Positions 1 through 7,660 of a DNA stretch of 24,000 nt are shown here, piece after piece. The translations under genes and the position numbers were made by a program. The notes under the pieces were generated by a model. The model had not been told where the DNA came from, did not search any database, and worked only from the letters and a program-made list of their open reading frames with translations. This DNA comes from Metallosphaera yellowstonensis MK1 (lineage in GTDB: Archaea; Thermoproteota; Thermoprotei_A; Sulfolobales; Sulfolobaceae), in the NCBI RefSeq assembly GCF_000243315.1, contig NZ_JH597761.1, positions 1,048,256 through 1,072,255 on the forward strand. Direction: 5' to 3'. Numbering within the stretch: position 1 is the stretch's first letter; the number at the start of each line of letters is the position of its first letter.

Positions 1-1
1 C

Positions 2-274
2 TCATATGACATAACATCTGGAGTGCACGCTAACGTCAGTGGTCAGGTTCTGGCGATAAATATGGTTCCACCCGGATCTAATCTTGAGCTCTTACTGAAT
101 GCTCTACGAGATGCGATGAAAAGAGTTAAGATCTCTCTGGGTGTCGTGATTCCGTTTATGGATAACCTCTTTCAATACTCCAACGACTTGGAAGAAATGC
201 CTCTCCCGCCACAGATCCGGGACCTCGCTAGGGCAATATCAAAGGGTTATCAACTCGGTGAGATCATTAAATAG
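2..274 (+). CDS. ParA/MinD-like ATPase paralog, C-terminal fragment (5' end lies outside window)
   Basis: The reading frame is open from the window edge; the GTG at 23 is only the first start-like codon. The C-terminus aligns by eye with the 275-aa ORF at 18781..19608 (LAINMVPPG vs LVINMIPGK; VVIPFMDNLFQYS vs VLIPFIEELFEYS). Confidence 0.7.
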   Translation, partial: SYDITSGVHANVSGQVLAINMVPPGSNLELLLNALRDAMKRVKISLGVVIPFMDNLFQYSNDLEEMPLPPQIRDLARAISKGYQLGEIIK

Positions 275-493
275 CCTTTTGAGTATTTTCCTTCAGGACG
301 TTAGGAGTCCCAAACCCACACGTGATCTCTGAAGTGGGTGTTGGAGCTATCCCACTTTAGAACGTGAAGGTTTCCTCGTAATACCTGTGAAGTTCTGAAG
401 TTTAGATTAAACACTGTGAACTCACTTGAAGCCAAGCCCCTCGTACACGAGTTCCACCACATCCCTCATCTCTACCGGTTCTACTACGTTACT

Positions 494-820
494 GAAGCCG
501 TGGCCAACAGTTTCAGACAAACCGTAAAGTTTATATCATTTCGTCATAAACTCTTATATGATGCTAAGGCCTAAGGAAGTCCGCCAACGCTTAGGAATAT
601 CCTATAGGTGTGGTTTCACCCTGGACAGGCAATTGAACGCGTCCCTCAACATCTCCCTCAAGATGTGCGGGTTTCCCCACCTCTTTCTCACTCCCACTGG
701 GAGTAGGTGGGTTTAGGTTACCCCGCTAAGGGGGCGGAGGGGTAACGGGTTTCCCCGCGACCCCGGTGAAGCTCAAGGGCTAAGGATTGGATACAAATTC
801 ATGAAAATTCAATGAAGCCC
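494..820 (+). mobile_element. Non-autonomous internal-deletion derivative (MITE-like) of an IS607-type element (serine recombinase + TnpB)
   Basis: 494..605 matches the reverse complement of 22439..~22330 (element 5' end plus the first 16 resolvase codons, MMLRPKEVRQRLGISY). 606..820 matches the reverse complement of ~21985..21772 (TnpB C-terminus CGFTLDRQLNASLNI... and the element 3' end). The deletion junction is at 605/606. Confidence 0.8.
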
Positions 821-919
821 GAACTCCATCTTCACGACTACTCCTATCACTTTGACGTCTAATGATAACCATCGGAGACCCCGATAAGGTTTTTAAATTA
901 ATCCAGGAATAAGTATTTT

Positions 920-1324
920 GTGCAGGCTTATAGGGTATTGCCATTAGTCCTAACAGCATTGGTGGCTTCCTTGGCTTACTACTTCAACAATTATTTTCTA
1001 CTCCTCATTGTACCCCCAGCCCTATACCTCCAATACGAGTTGGGTAGGGCACCAAAAATCAAGGATCAGCGTAGCCTAGAGAGGTACGTGAGGAGAGTTT
1101 ACGGCAAGAGATGTCAGGGAATGATAGTTTTTGACAAGAACGCCAGCTTATACGCCTTCTTCCCCTCGAGGATGAGGGACAATACTGCGGTCTTGAACGA
1201 GGAACTTTGCGTGATAAAGACCAACGGCGAGATAAGGGTCATGGGAGTATACGACGGAATAGAGGAGGCGTTAAAGTTGCTCTCAGCCGCTGGTAAACCT
1301 GAACTGAGTAACTCCAGGAACTGA
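920..1324 (+). CDS. Hypothetical membrane protein (two N-terminal hydrophobic segments plus a soluble C-terminal domain)
   Basis: 134-aa ORF with a GTG start. The A/T box tttttaaatta at ~889-900 lies ~25 nt upstream, typical of a leaderless crenarchaeal transcript. AGG/AGA Arg codon usage resembles neighbouring genes. No recognisable family. Confidence 0.5.
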   Translation: MQAYRVLPLVLTALVASLAYYFNNYFLLLIVPPALYLQYELGRAPKIKDQRSLERYVRRVYGKRCQGMIVFDKNASLYAFFPSRMRDNTAVLNEELCVIKTNGEIRVMGVYDGIEEALKLLSAAGKPELSNSRN

Positions 1325-1346
1325 TGAGAGACTGCAGAGAGACCCC

Positions 1347-1733
1347 TCACGCTCCAGTTTTACCGTCATTGGAATAATACTCGACTATCTTCCTTATGGC
1401 GACAGTATAGGGATAACCTTGAGGTAATGCCTTCGAGAGGCTCATGAGTAAGCTCTCAGGTATCCTCAGTCCGACAACCGCGTAAAGTGACGAACCGTCT
1501 TCACGGGACAGTATAGACTCCTTAACCTCGTCCTTTTCACTCAGGTATCTCCTCACCATGGAAATGATTAAGCCACTCTTGGTGGTTCCTAAATTTCTGG
1601 ACATGGAATCAAGCAATAAATTGGTACTCCTCCCCAATCTGAAGGTTATGGTCCTGAAGAACTCATCGTCAAGTATGATCTCTTTCTTCCCCCTATCCAA
1701 GTTTCTCACCCCCTTGTCTGACCATTGAACCAT
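1347..1733 (-). CDS. Tandem ribbon-helix-helix (CopG/Arc/ParG-like) DNA-binding protein, last gene of a 4-gene operon
   Basis: There are two consecutive beta-alpha-alpha RHH-like segments: RTITFRLGRSTNLLLDSMSRNLGTTKSGLIISMVRRYL and YAVVGLRIPESLLMSLSKALPQGYPYTVAIRKIVEYY. The ORF overlaps the 3' end of the upstream ParA-like gene. The true start may be an internal GTG/TTG nearer the ParA stop at 1693. Confidence 0.6.
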   Translation of the reverse strand: MVQWSDKGVRNLDRGKKEIILDDEFFRTITFRLGRSTNLLLDSMSRNLGTTKSGLIISMVRRYLSEKDEVKESILSREDGSSLYAVVGLRIPESLLMSLSKALPQGYPYTVAIRKIVEYYSNDGKTGA

Positions 1734-2403
1734 CTCCAGCGTTCGTCCTCAGCCCCAGCCAGGCAGACAGTTCCAGGATAGCTGAGATGACTCTCATATC
1801 CTTAGGGGGTTCTGGAGAAGGACCGTAGAGGATAAGTTGTTTTATTAAGGGAATCTTGACCACTTTCTTGACTCTCTCTATCTCTTCTGGGATCTCGTCC
1901 TTGACCATGTTGACAACTAACACCTTTCTATCATCAGCTTCTGGGAAGAAGTCAGGAGAGTTGAGAACCTCTAATGTCTTAGCAGCAGTGAAGGGATGTG
2001 GTGTGGTTAGTAGGACTAGGCTCAGGGAGGCCTTCCCGTGAGATATCTTCCCCTCGAGCTCCAATAGTTCGTGGGTAGGAGAAGATGCGTCAATGATCAC
2101 CAGGTCGTGTCTATCTAGGAGTCCAGGATAGACTGTCTGGAACTGTGTGAGTAAGCCAGGTGAAACCATGCCACCTAAGGATAGTATGGAGAAGTTACCT
2201 TGAGTCCAGTATAGGATCTGTGAATTACCGGAGTATAAGTCATTAACGTCCAGAAGACCTATTGTCCTACTTAGGCTCCTGGTGTAGTCGAGATCTAAGA
2301 TCAGAACCTTCCTGAACTTCATGGCCTCCTTTGCCAACCAGAGGGCCACAGTGGACTTGCCTGAACCTCCCTTCACTCCAGTGACTAAGATCCTTGTAGT
2401 CAT
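1693..2403 (-). CDS. ParA/MinD-family (SIMIBI) ATPase with deviant Walker A
   Basis: It has the N-terminal motif GVKGGSGKST (KGGxxGKS/T with signature lysine), then VLILDLD and a Walker B-like LVIIDAS. It is small (236 aa) with no N-terminal HTH, like type Ib ParA. Its ATG overlaps the stop of the upstream membrane gene (ATGA at 2400-2403). Confidence 0.85.
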   Translation of the reverse strand: MTTRILVTGVKGGSGKSTVALWLAKEAMKFRKVLILDLDYTRSLSRTIGLLDVNDLYSGNSQILYWTQGNFSILSLGGMVSPGLLTQFQTVYPGLLDRHDLVIIDASSPTHELLELEGKISHGKASLSLVLLTTPHPFTAAKTLEVLNSPDFFPEADDRKVLVVNMVKDEIPEEIERVKKVVKIPLIKQLILYGPSPEPPKDMRVISAILELSAWLGLRTNAGDGSMVRQGGEKLG

Positions 2404-3860
2404 ATGGTCACCCCCTGAAAGACGTAAGGGAAACTGTTAAGCGACATGAACAATGCCCAAAGGGCTAAGAACAAGAGAAGTGGGGTCCTCACGTCTTCCC
2501 TCAGCTTTGAGATCCCAAGCGAGGCTGGAATGAAGAGAGGTAGATCGATGATCAGGTTCTGTACGACCCCCAGAAATAGGGTGGCTAAGATTGACGACGA
2601 ATAAATCACGAACATGATCCTAGGGGTCGAGTTCATACCATAAACCACTATGAGGTAATACAAGAAGGTGTTGATGGTTCCCCAACTCAGGAACGCTACC
2701 TGCGTGAAGTAGTTTGATGTCGAGAACCCAACAGGTACTGAGAAAAACCCGGTCAAGATTAGAGAGAAGCCCAGTATGAAGGGAAATGAAGTGAAGAGGA
2801 CGTACGTTTTTAGTGGCTTCCCTATCTTTCTGGTTAGTAGGAAGGAAATCAGGCAAAAGAGCAATATGCCTCCTTCTATTTGGGCCCACGCATAGATGTG
2901 GGAGAACATGGAGACATATGAGGTTAAAACGCTCTGCCACACCTTGCCCTCAATTATGTAGGCCAATGACAAGTACATCAAAGAGATGGAGAATAGGTTT
3001 GCCTGCAGGCCTGAATATAGGAAGGTCAGCAACGTCGGCGAGACTACAGCCATGAAGGACGACAGGGGTCCTAGCCCAGGTTTTACTGCCTCTCCCAACT
3101 TGTAGGACGAGATCCACAGGAGGACGGTCAACACGGGAAGCTGTAACTCCCCCATAATCGAGGGACCCAACAGTCTGGCGAAGGGGAAGAACATGAGAAG
3201 GTAGAGGGGTCTCGAGAAGAAGAACCATCCCATGGTGGGGGACTCCCACCACTGGGAGTAATACCTCCAGTCCACAGTCTCAGGAACGTGTAATGAGTTG
3301 AGTTGAGTCATAGGGATCAGAGTTATCACGAGACCAAGCAAGACCGCTAAGACTGGATTGATACTCTGAGGTTCTACATCCTCCCCCCTAACCTTGAGCC
3401 CGTAAAGGATGCCAGCGAATAGTACAACGGGTATTAGGATAGGTGCACCAGCCTGGACTACGGCCATAGGTATGGCCAGTGGGTTGAGTCTGATACCTAA
3501 CAAGGCGAAAATGACGTAGGTTAACCCAAAGGCATCAATAGCAAGCAATATTTCCCTTGCGAAGGTCGGTAAAGCTCTCACCGAGCTTACGGCTATCAAA
3601 AGCACGACGAGGGACACGTACTCCACGGGAACCAAATAGGAGAGGAAAGCTATGGGCAAAGAAAAGACGTAATAACCCATTCTGGTAGAGAGAGCTAAAG
3701 CAGAGGCTATGACCAGCAACTGTGCCAGGAGTGGGGAATACAGGAGATGCAGAAAGGTGGTCCTCCCCAGAGTTAGATTAAGTCCGAAGGAGAACGTAAC
3801 CGATAGGAAGGCAAGGCCCACAGAGAGCCAAGAGACGTCCTCCTTTCTGACCAGGATCAA
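2400..3860 (-). CDS. Polytopic integral membrane protein (>10 predicted TM helices), family unknown
   Basis: 486-aa ORF that is almost entirely hydrophobic helices with short loops (WWESPTMGWFFFSRPLYLLMFFPFARLLG). Its TTG start overlaps the TGA stop of the upstream gene (TTGA at 3857-3860), and its stop overlaps the ParA start. Confidence 0.8.
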   Translation of the reverse strand: MILVRKEDVSWLSVGLAFLSVTFSFGLNLTLGRTTFLHLLYSPLLAQLLVIASALALSTRMGYYVFSLPIAFLSYLVPVEYVSLVVLLIAVSSVRALPTFAREILLAIDAFGLTYVIFALLGIRLNPLAIPMAVVQAGAPILIPVVLFAGILYGLKVRGEDVEPQSINPVLAVLLGLVITLIPMTQLNSLHVPETVDWRYYSQWWESPTMGWFFFSRPLYLLMFFPFARLLGPSIMGELQLPVLTVLLWISSYKLGEAVKPGLGPLSSFMAVVSPTLLTFLYSGLQANLFSISLMYLSLAYIIEGKVWQSVLTSYVSMFSHIYAWAQIEGGILLFCLISFLLTRKIGKPLKTYVLFTSFPFILGFSLILTGFFSVPVGFSTSNYFTQVAFLSWGTINTFLYYLIVVYGMNSTPRIMFVIYSSSILATLFLGVVQNLIIDLPLFIPASLGISKLREDVRTPLLLFLALWALFMSLNSFPYVFQGVTI

Positions 3861-4321
3861 CGTATCACCCTCCTGAGGACGAGATAGAGTTGAAGCCCGG
3901 CGAGAATTCCTAAAGCTGTCAGGAGGTTGAAGGGCAGTAAATCAACATGACCGGCAAGCGACCAGAAGTCTGGAGGACTCTCGTTTGCTAAACCTGGGAA
4001 GTTAGCGTACACTAGCCTGGTGGTCTGTCCATGGGAGACCTCCTCCAGTAGGACGTGATTGTAAGATATGACGATGATGGTGTTACCCTCTACAGATTCT
4101 ATTGCAGGCACATTATTGTTACCCAGCACGTAGTTAGAGGGAGTTCCGGTCAGCTGTAGGGCGAGAATTGAAATTGGCCATGCCGTGGAGTAGTTGAGCA
4201 CAGTGTGTGTTGTCGGATCTACGGTGATTAAAACCGAGCTATGATTGGTGAAGTTCAGTAAGTAGAACACGTAGGTTATACTGCCGTTAGTGACCACCTC
4301 GTATCCTAGGAAGTAGAACAT
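3857..4321 (-). CDS. Small sequon-rich protein with a single C-terminal TM anchor and basic tail
   Basis: 154 aa with five N-x-S/T sequons (NGS, NFT, NHS, NYS, NES). The C-terminus LLPFNLLTALGILAGLQLYLVLRRVIR is a TM helix plus a positive tail. It is the first gene of the operon, with a TATA-like box ~25 nt upstream. Confidence 0.65.
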   Translation of the reverse strand: MFYFLGYEVVTNGSITYVFYLLNFTNHSSVLITVDPTTHTVLNYSTAWPISILALQLTGTPSNYVLGNNNVPAIESVEGNTIIVISYNHVLLEEVSHGQTTRLVYANFPGLANESPPDFWSLAGHVDLLPFNLLTALGILAGLQLYLVLRRVIR

Positions 4322-4342
4322 GTGAGGATAGGGCCCCTCCCG

Positions 4343-4351
4343 ATTTTAAAG
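4343..4351 (-). promoter_or_regulatory. TATA box for the minus-strand 4-gene operon (leaderless start at 4321)
   Basis: The minus strand reads CTTTAAAATC, 22-30 nt upstream of the ATG at 4321. It shares the octamer CTTTAAAA with the putative arlB TATA. Confidence 0.5.
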
Positions 4352-4973
4352 GGAAGTGAGAGTTTCGACTTGCAATCTTCATCCGACTACGACTTCACGG
4401 GTCGCAACTATGTTTCGTTTAGACCGGATGGGAACTAACCGGTCTTTGGACAAACGTACACGATTATCATGCGGTATAAGTTGTGAGCTCAAAGGTACAA
4501 GGTTCAACGTTGACGAGACGAATGCGTCATCTCCTGGGAATGGGTACGACAAAATTTGTTTTGTTAACTTTATTTGTCAACTTTCTAGGCTAATCAAAGA
4601 TTCAGATCAATCGGAGACAGAGTCTTACTTATTTGGGAAGAGCGAAGATCTATCTATGTGTGATCCTCTGGAACATACGTGTCCGAAAGTTGTAAAGGTG
4701 TCCTTGGAATATAAATCAATCCCTTAAATCCGATATAATCCTTAAAAGTTAATTTAATGAATCTTATCGGAGGTGTTTTGACAGCACCTCCTGAATTATG
4801 AACGAGGCCTTAGGGACTCTAGTGCCAACGTATCATTTATTTGAAATTAATGTTGTTTAAATATAAAAAAGATTAAATATTCTGTGTAAACGACGTGAGA
4901 ATTAGAGTGGCGCTTTTACGTTTTCATTTGCTAACAGCTTACCATACGATCATCAGTCGAAAGATCTGAGCAT

Positions 4974-4981
4974 CTTTAAAA
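4974..4981 (+). promoter_or_regulatory. Putative arlB TATA box, followed by a short 5' UTR with a Shine-Dalgarno-like GGAGTGA (5007-5013)
   Basis: CTTTAAAA lies ~40-45 nt upstream of the arlB ATG (5020). GGAGTGA lies 7 nt upstream of the ATG and resembles the anti-SD complement GGAGGTGA. Confidence 0.5.
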
Positions 4982-5019
4982 CAGGGCGTAAACCCACCCA
5001 ACTAAAGGAGTGAAAGCGG

Positions 5020-5934
5020 ATGGGAAAACTCAAGAAGGTGGTCCAAAGCTATAACAGGCTAGTCAGGCGTAAGGGTCTAGCAGGCCTAGATACTGCGATA
5101 ATTCTAATAGCTTTCATAATAACTGCTTCGGTACTAGCCTTCGTAGCTATAAACATGGGACTATTCGTCACGCAGAAGGCAAAGACTACAATAAATAAGG
5201 GTGAAGAGACTGCGTCGACTGCACTGACTGTTTCCAGTTCAGTGCTTTATGCAGTTAACTATCCAACAAACTCTAAGAGCTATTGGATCTATTTCACTGT
5301 GAGTCCCACGTCTGGGGTTTCGAGCGTTGAGCTGGATCCGGCGACCACGGGACTCTCCTTCGTGGCGACACAGGAAGGCTTAACGTTATCAAATATATAC
5401 AAATATACTCTATTAACTGTTCCAAATCCAGGGACACTATATAGTACTGTTAGCGGGAGTTACCTGACATTACAAAATAACGTGAGCAGTGGAGGTAACA
5501 CCTATGTGTATTACCCAAACCCCTACTATGCTCTCCTGGCACTCAATGAAACTCTCGGAAAAAATATGAAAAATTCACCTATCTATATAAATTATACAGC
5601 TTATACAGTACAGTCGCCAGAGCCGGTTTGGCTTAAGCATGATAATAACTTCACTTTTACGCTGACGATAAATGGTAATACGGTCAAATATTACGTCTTC
5701 GTCAATCAGACATTCGCTTTCTCATTTCCCGTTGCTGGTGACCCATTAGTGGGTAGCGCAATAGCCCCAGCAGGTTCGACCATAGGTTTCATGATACTGT
5801 TTGGTCCTAACGTCGGCAGCCACATCTTCGAATATCAGACCATAAATATCCAAATAACGCCCAACATAGGATCCCCGCTGACCCTCTCAGAGTACATCTA
5901 CCAGCCAGAAGGGTCCGTGACTTCCATAGGATAA
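5020..5934 (+). CDS. arlB: Archaellin (FlaB/ArlB) with class III (type IV pilin-like) signal peptide
   Basis: The N-terminus MGKLKKVVQSYNRLVRRKG|LAGLDTAIILIAFIITASVLAFV is a basic leader plus G/L cleavage context plus a hydrophobic helix, typical of archaellins. There are several N-x-S/T sequons (NVS, NET, NYT, NFT, NQT). It is the first gene of a canonical Sulfolobales arl operon. Confidence 0.95.
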   Translation: MGKLKKVVQSYNRLVRRKGLAGLDTAIILIAFIITASVLAFVAINMGLFVTQKAKTTINKGEETASTALTVSSSVLYAVNYPTNSKSYWIYFTVSPTSGVSSVELDPATTGLSFVATQEGLTLSNIYKYTLLTVPNPGTLYSTVSGSYLTLQNNVSSGGNTYVYYPNPYYALLALNETLGKNMKNSPIYINYTAYTVQSPEPVWLKHDNNFTFTLTINGNTVKYYVFVNQTFAFSFPVAGDPLVGSAIAPAGSTIGFMILFGPNVGSHIFEYQTINIQITPNIGSPLTLSEYIYQPEGSVTSIG

Positions 5935-5940
5935 TTTTTT
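5935..5940 (+). terminator. Oligo-T tract directly after the arlB stop (partial terminator/attenuator)
   Basis: TAA (5932-5934) is followed by TTTTTT, then AGGAGG (5941-5946) and the arlX ATG at 5955. Archaeal terminators are oligo-T tracts. Confidence 0.5.
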
Positions 5941-5954
5941 AGGAGGCAATATAT

Positions 5955-6722
5955 ATGGGAGACCTCTTCTCAAGTCAATTTTTTGTTGTTTTCGTTTCCG
6001 TAAGCATTCCTCTCTCCGTGTTTTTCGTTTTACTATTCTTTTTTGTGTTAAGACCTAGGGGGCTAACGTTTAGGAGAGGCTCAACTAATCCCCCACCTCA
6101 ATCTCCTCAACCCACACAGACACAGCAGCCCCCTCCACTCCCATCGGTTCCTCCTCAGCAAGACTTGAGCAAGATAACCACGAGGATAGAGAAGATGCAG
6201 AGCGACATAACCAAGCTGATCAGTGATAGCACTGCTGAGTTCAAGCAGTCGGTCGAGGCATTGGGTAAGAACTTGGAGGATTTGGCCTTGGCCTTGAAGG
6301 CTTACAAGAGCGACGTTGAGTCTCCCTTCAACAACATTCCCGTGAACGATCACGAGGAACACCCCTCATCCTCTACTTTACAGGGCTCACTACAGTCTCC
6401 ACAACAGAGGATTGACACAGTAGCCCTGAGCAAGATAGACCTCAAGAAGTTGATTCAGCTCTCAGTTCTGCTGGCAGTCCTTGACTATGACAAGTCCAAG
6501 ATTAGGGCACTCATCAATCTGGACCTCATAACGCCAAGGGATCTAGAGATGATAACAAAAATAGAGGAGATAATCCATAAGAACAGGCCCAAGATAGACG
6601 CAACTGAACTTGCCCTCCTGGCTTACGACATAGCCAGAAGTTACGACTCCGTGGACTCTGACCTCGTAAGGTATATGTCGGTAATACTAGGTGAAGGTGA
6701 TGGCAGGGGAAATAGTCAGTGA
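5955..6722 (+). CDS. arlX: Crenarchaeal archaellum scaffold protein FlaX/ArlX
   Basis: It sits at position 2 in the operon. It has an N-terminal TM (FFVVFVSVSIPLSVFFVLLFFFVL), a P/Q-rich linker, then heptad-like coiled-coil sequence. This architecture and the ~250-aa size match Sulfolobus FlaX. Confidence 0.85.
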   Translation: MGDLFSSQFFVVFVSVSIPLSVFFVLLFFFVLRPRGLTFRRGSTNPPPQSPQPTQTQQPPPLPSVPPQQDLSKITTRIEKMQSDITKLISDSTAEFKQSVEALGKNLEDLALALKAYKSDVESPFNNIPVNDHEEHPSSSTLQGSLQSPQQRIDTVALSKIDLKKLIQLSVLLAVLDYDKSKIRALINLDLITPRDLEMITKIEEIIHKNRPKIDATELALLAYDIARSYDSVDSDLVRYMSVILGEGDGRGNSQ

Positions 6723-7161
6723 GGCGATCCTAGTTATAGCTAGCGTGACGCTGATGGGAATCTTGGTTGCCGGTGTTTACTTCTCGGTGAGCAGCATCAG
6801 TTCCGGGATGAGTTCAATGTCCACTGGACTGTCCCAGAGGTTGGTCACAGACGTCAAGGTAATATATGCTACCAACACCTCCCCTACGACCGTAGTATTT
6901 TACGTCCAGAACATAGGGGAGACAGAGGTGTACATGCCTTTCTCGTCGGTGTACTTCGGCAAGGTGTATCAGCTCCAACAGGTGGGCTACTCAGCATCCT
7001 CCCCTCCCAGTTGGACCTCCAGCGTCTCTGTCCTCTCCCCTGGGGGTACAGCTGCCGTGACTGTAACTCTACCTTCCCAACTTCAACCCAATCAGTACTA
7101 CGAAGTCATGTTTGTTACCCAGAACGGTTACCAAACGGACTACGTATTCGAGGTGGTCTGA
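6700..7161 (+). CDS. arlG: Archaellum protein FlaG/ArlG
   Basis: It has an N-terminal hydrophobic archaellin-like helix (MAGEIVSEAILVIASVTLMGILVAG) and the expected operon position. I prefer the ATG at 6700 (preceded by GGTGAAGGTG) over the GTG at 6691. It overlaps the end of arlX. Confidence 0.85.
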   Translation: MAGEIVSEAILVIASVTLMGILVAGVYFSVSSISSGMSSMSTGLSQRLVTDVKVIYATNTSPTTVVFYVQNIGETEVYMPFSSVYFGKVYQLQQVGYSASSPPSWTSSVSVLSPGGTAAVTVTLPSQLQPNQYYEVMFVTQNGYQTDYVFEVV

Positions 7162-7649
7162 TGGGTGTCTCCAACGTCATGGCGTTCTCGCTGACCATGT
7201 TCGTAGGCTTGGCCACCTTCGGTTTCCTCCTCCTGGCCATCACAAACGTGGTGAGCGTGGTGGAACATGCCGAGTCTTCGAGACAGGACCTCTACATCAA
7301 TCAACTCAACTCCAGGATTTACATAACCTCCACCTCAGTCTCAGGTACCTACCTATACGTATTCGTCACCAATAACGGGTCTGTGCCCCTCTGGGAGTTC
7401 AACCACTTCGCTGTCCTAGTTCAGTATTGCGCAAACGTTAGCGGGAAGCCAGTCCTCAGCCTATCCCTCTATAACTTCTCCTCGAACCCCGTGGCGTACC
7501 AGTGGACCTCACTCGATGGACTGCTTGAGCCTGGGGGGATCGGGAAACTGGAGATAGTACTCCCCTATCCTCCCTACCAGGGCACAGCTGGGATAGTGAT
7601 ACTCTCCTCCAATTACGGGAGCTCCGCTGTGTGGAGGGGTATACTTTGA
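7161..7649 (+). CDS. arlF: Archaellum stator-like protein FlaF/ArlF
   Basis: The ATG at 7161 overlaps the arlG stop (TGATG). The N-terminal TM is MGVSNVMAFSLTMFVGLATFGFLLLAI, followed by a beta-rich domain. The ORF-track start at 7011 would overlap arlG by 150 nt and is rejected. Confidence 0.85.
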   Translation: MGVSNVMAFSLTMFVGLATFGFLLLAITNVVSVVEHAESSRQDLYINQLNSRIYITSTSVSGTYLYVFVTNNGSVPLWEFNHFAVLVQYCANVSGKPVLSLSLYNFSSNPVAYQWTSLDGLLEPGGIGKLEIVLPYPPYQGTAGIVILSSNYGSSAVWRGIL

Positions 7650-7660
7650 TAATAAGGACA

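Noticed and set aside
280-493. Possible homology between the DNA left of element A and the DNA right of element B (shared TGAACTCACT word)
   Set aside because: Only a ~10-nt word matches and the alignment falls apart on either side. This is insufficient to claim a duplicated target or paralogous flank.
4356-4727. 123-aa ORF in the arlB upstream region
   Set aside because: It has a GTG start, many CGN Arg codons where the real genes here use AGG/AGA, and a Cys-rich sequence with no hydrophobic-core periodicity or recognisable motif. I treat it as non-coding regulatory DNA.
7011-7160. Long N-terminal extension of arlF suggested by the ORF track, and likewise the GTG/TTG-extended starts of arlG (6691), arlH (7631) and arlI (8326)
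   Set aside because: The extensions overlap the preceding genes extensively. Internal ATGs give N-termini that match the expected TM helix or Walker A spacing and the classic stop/start coupling.
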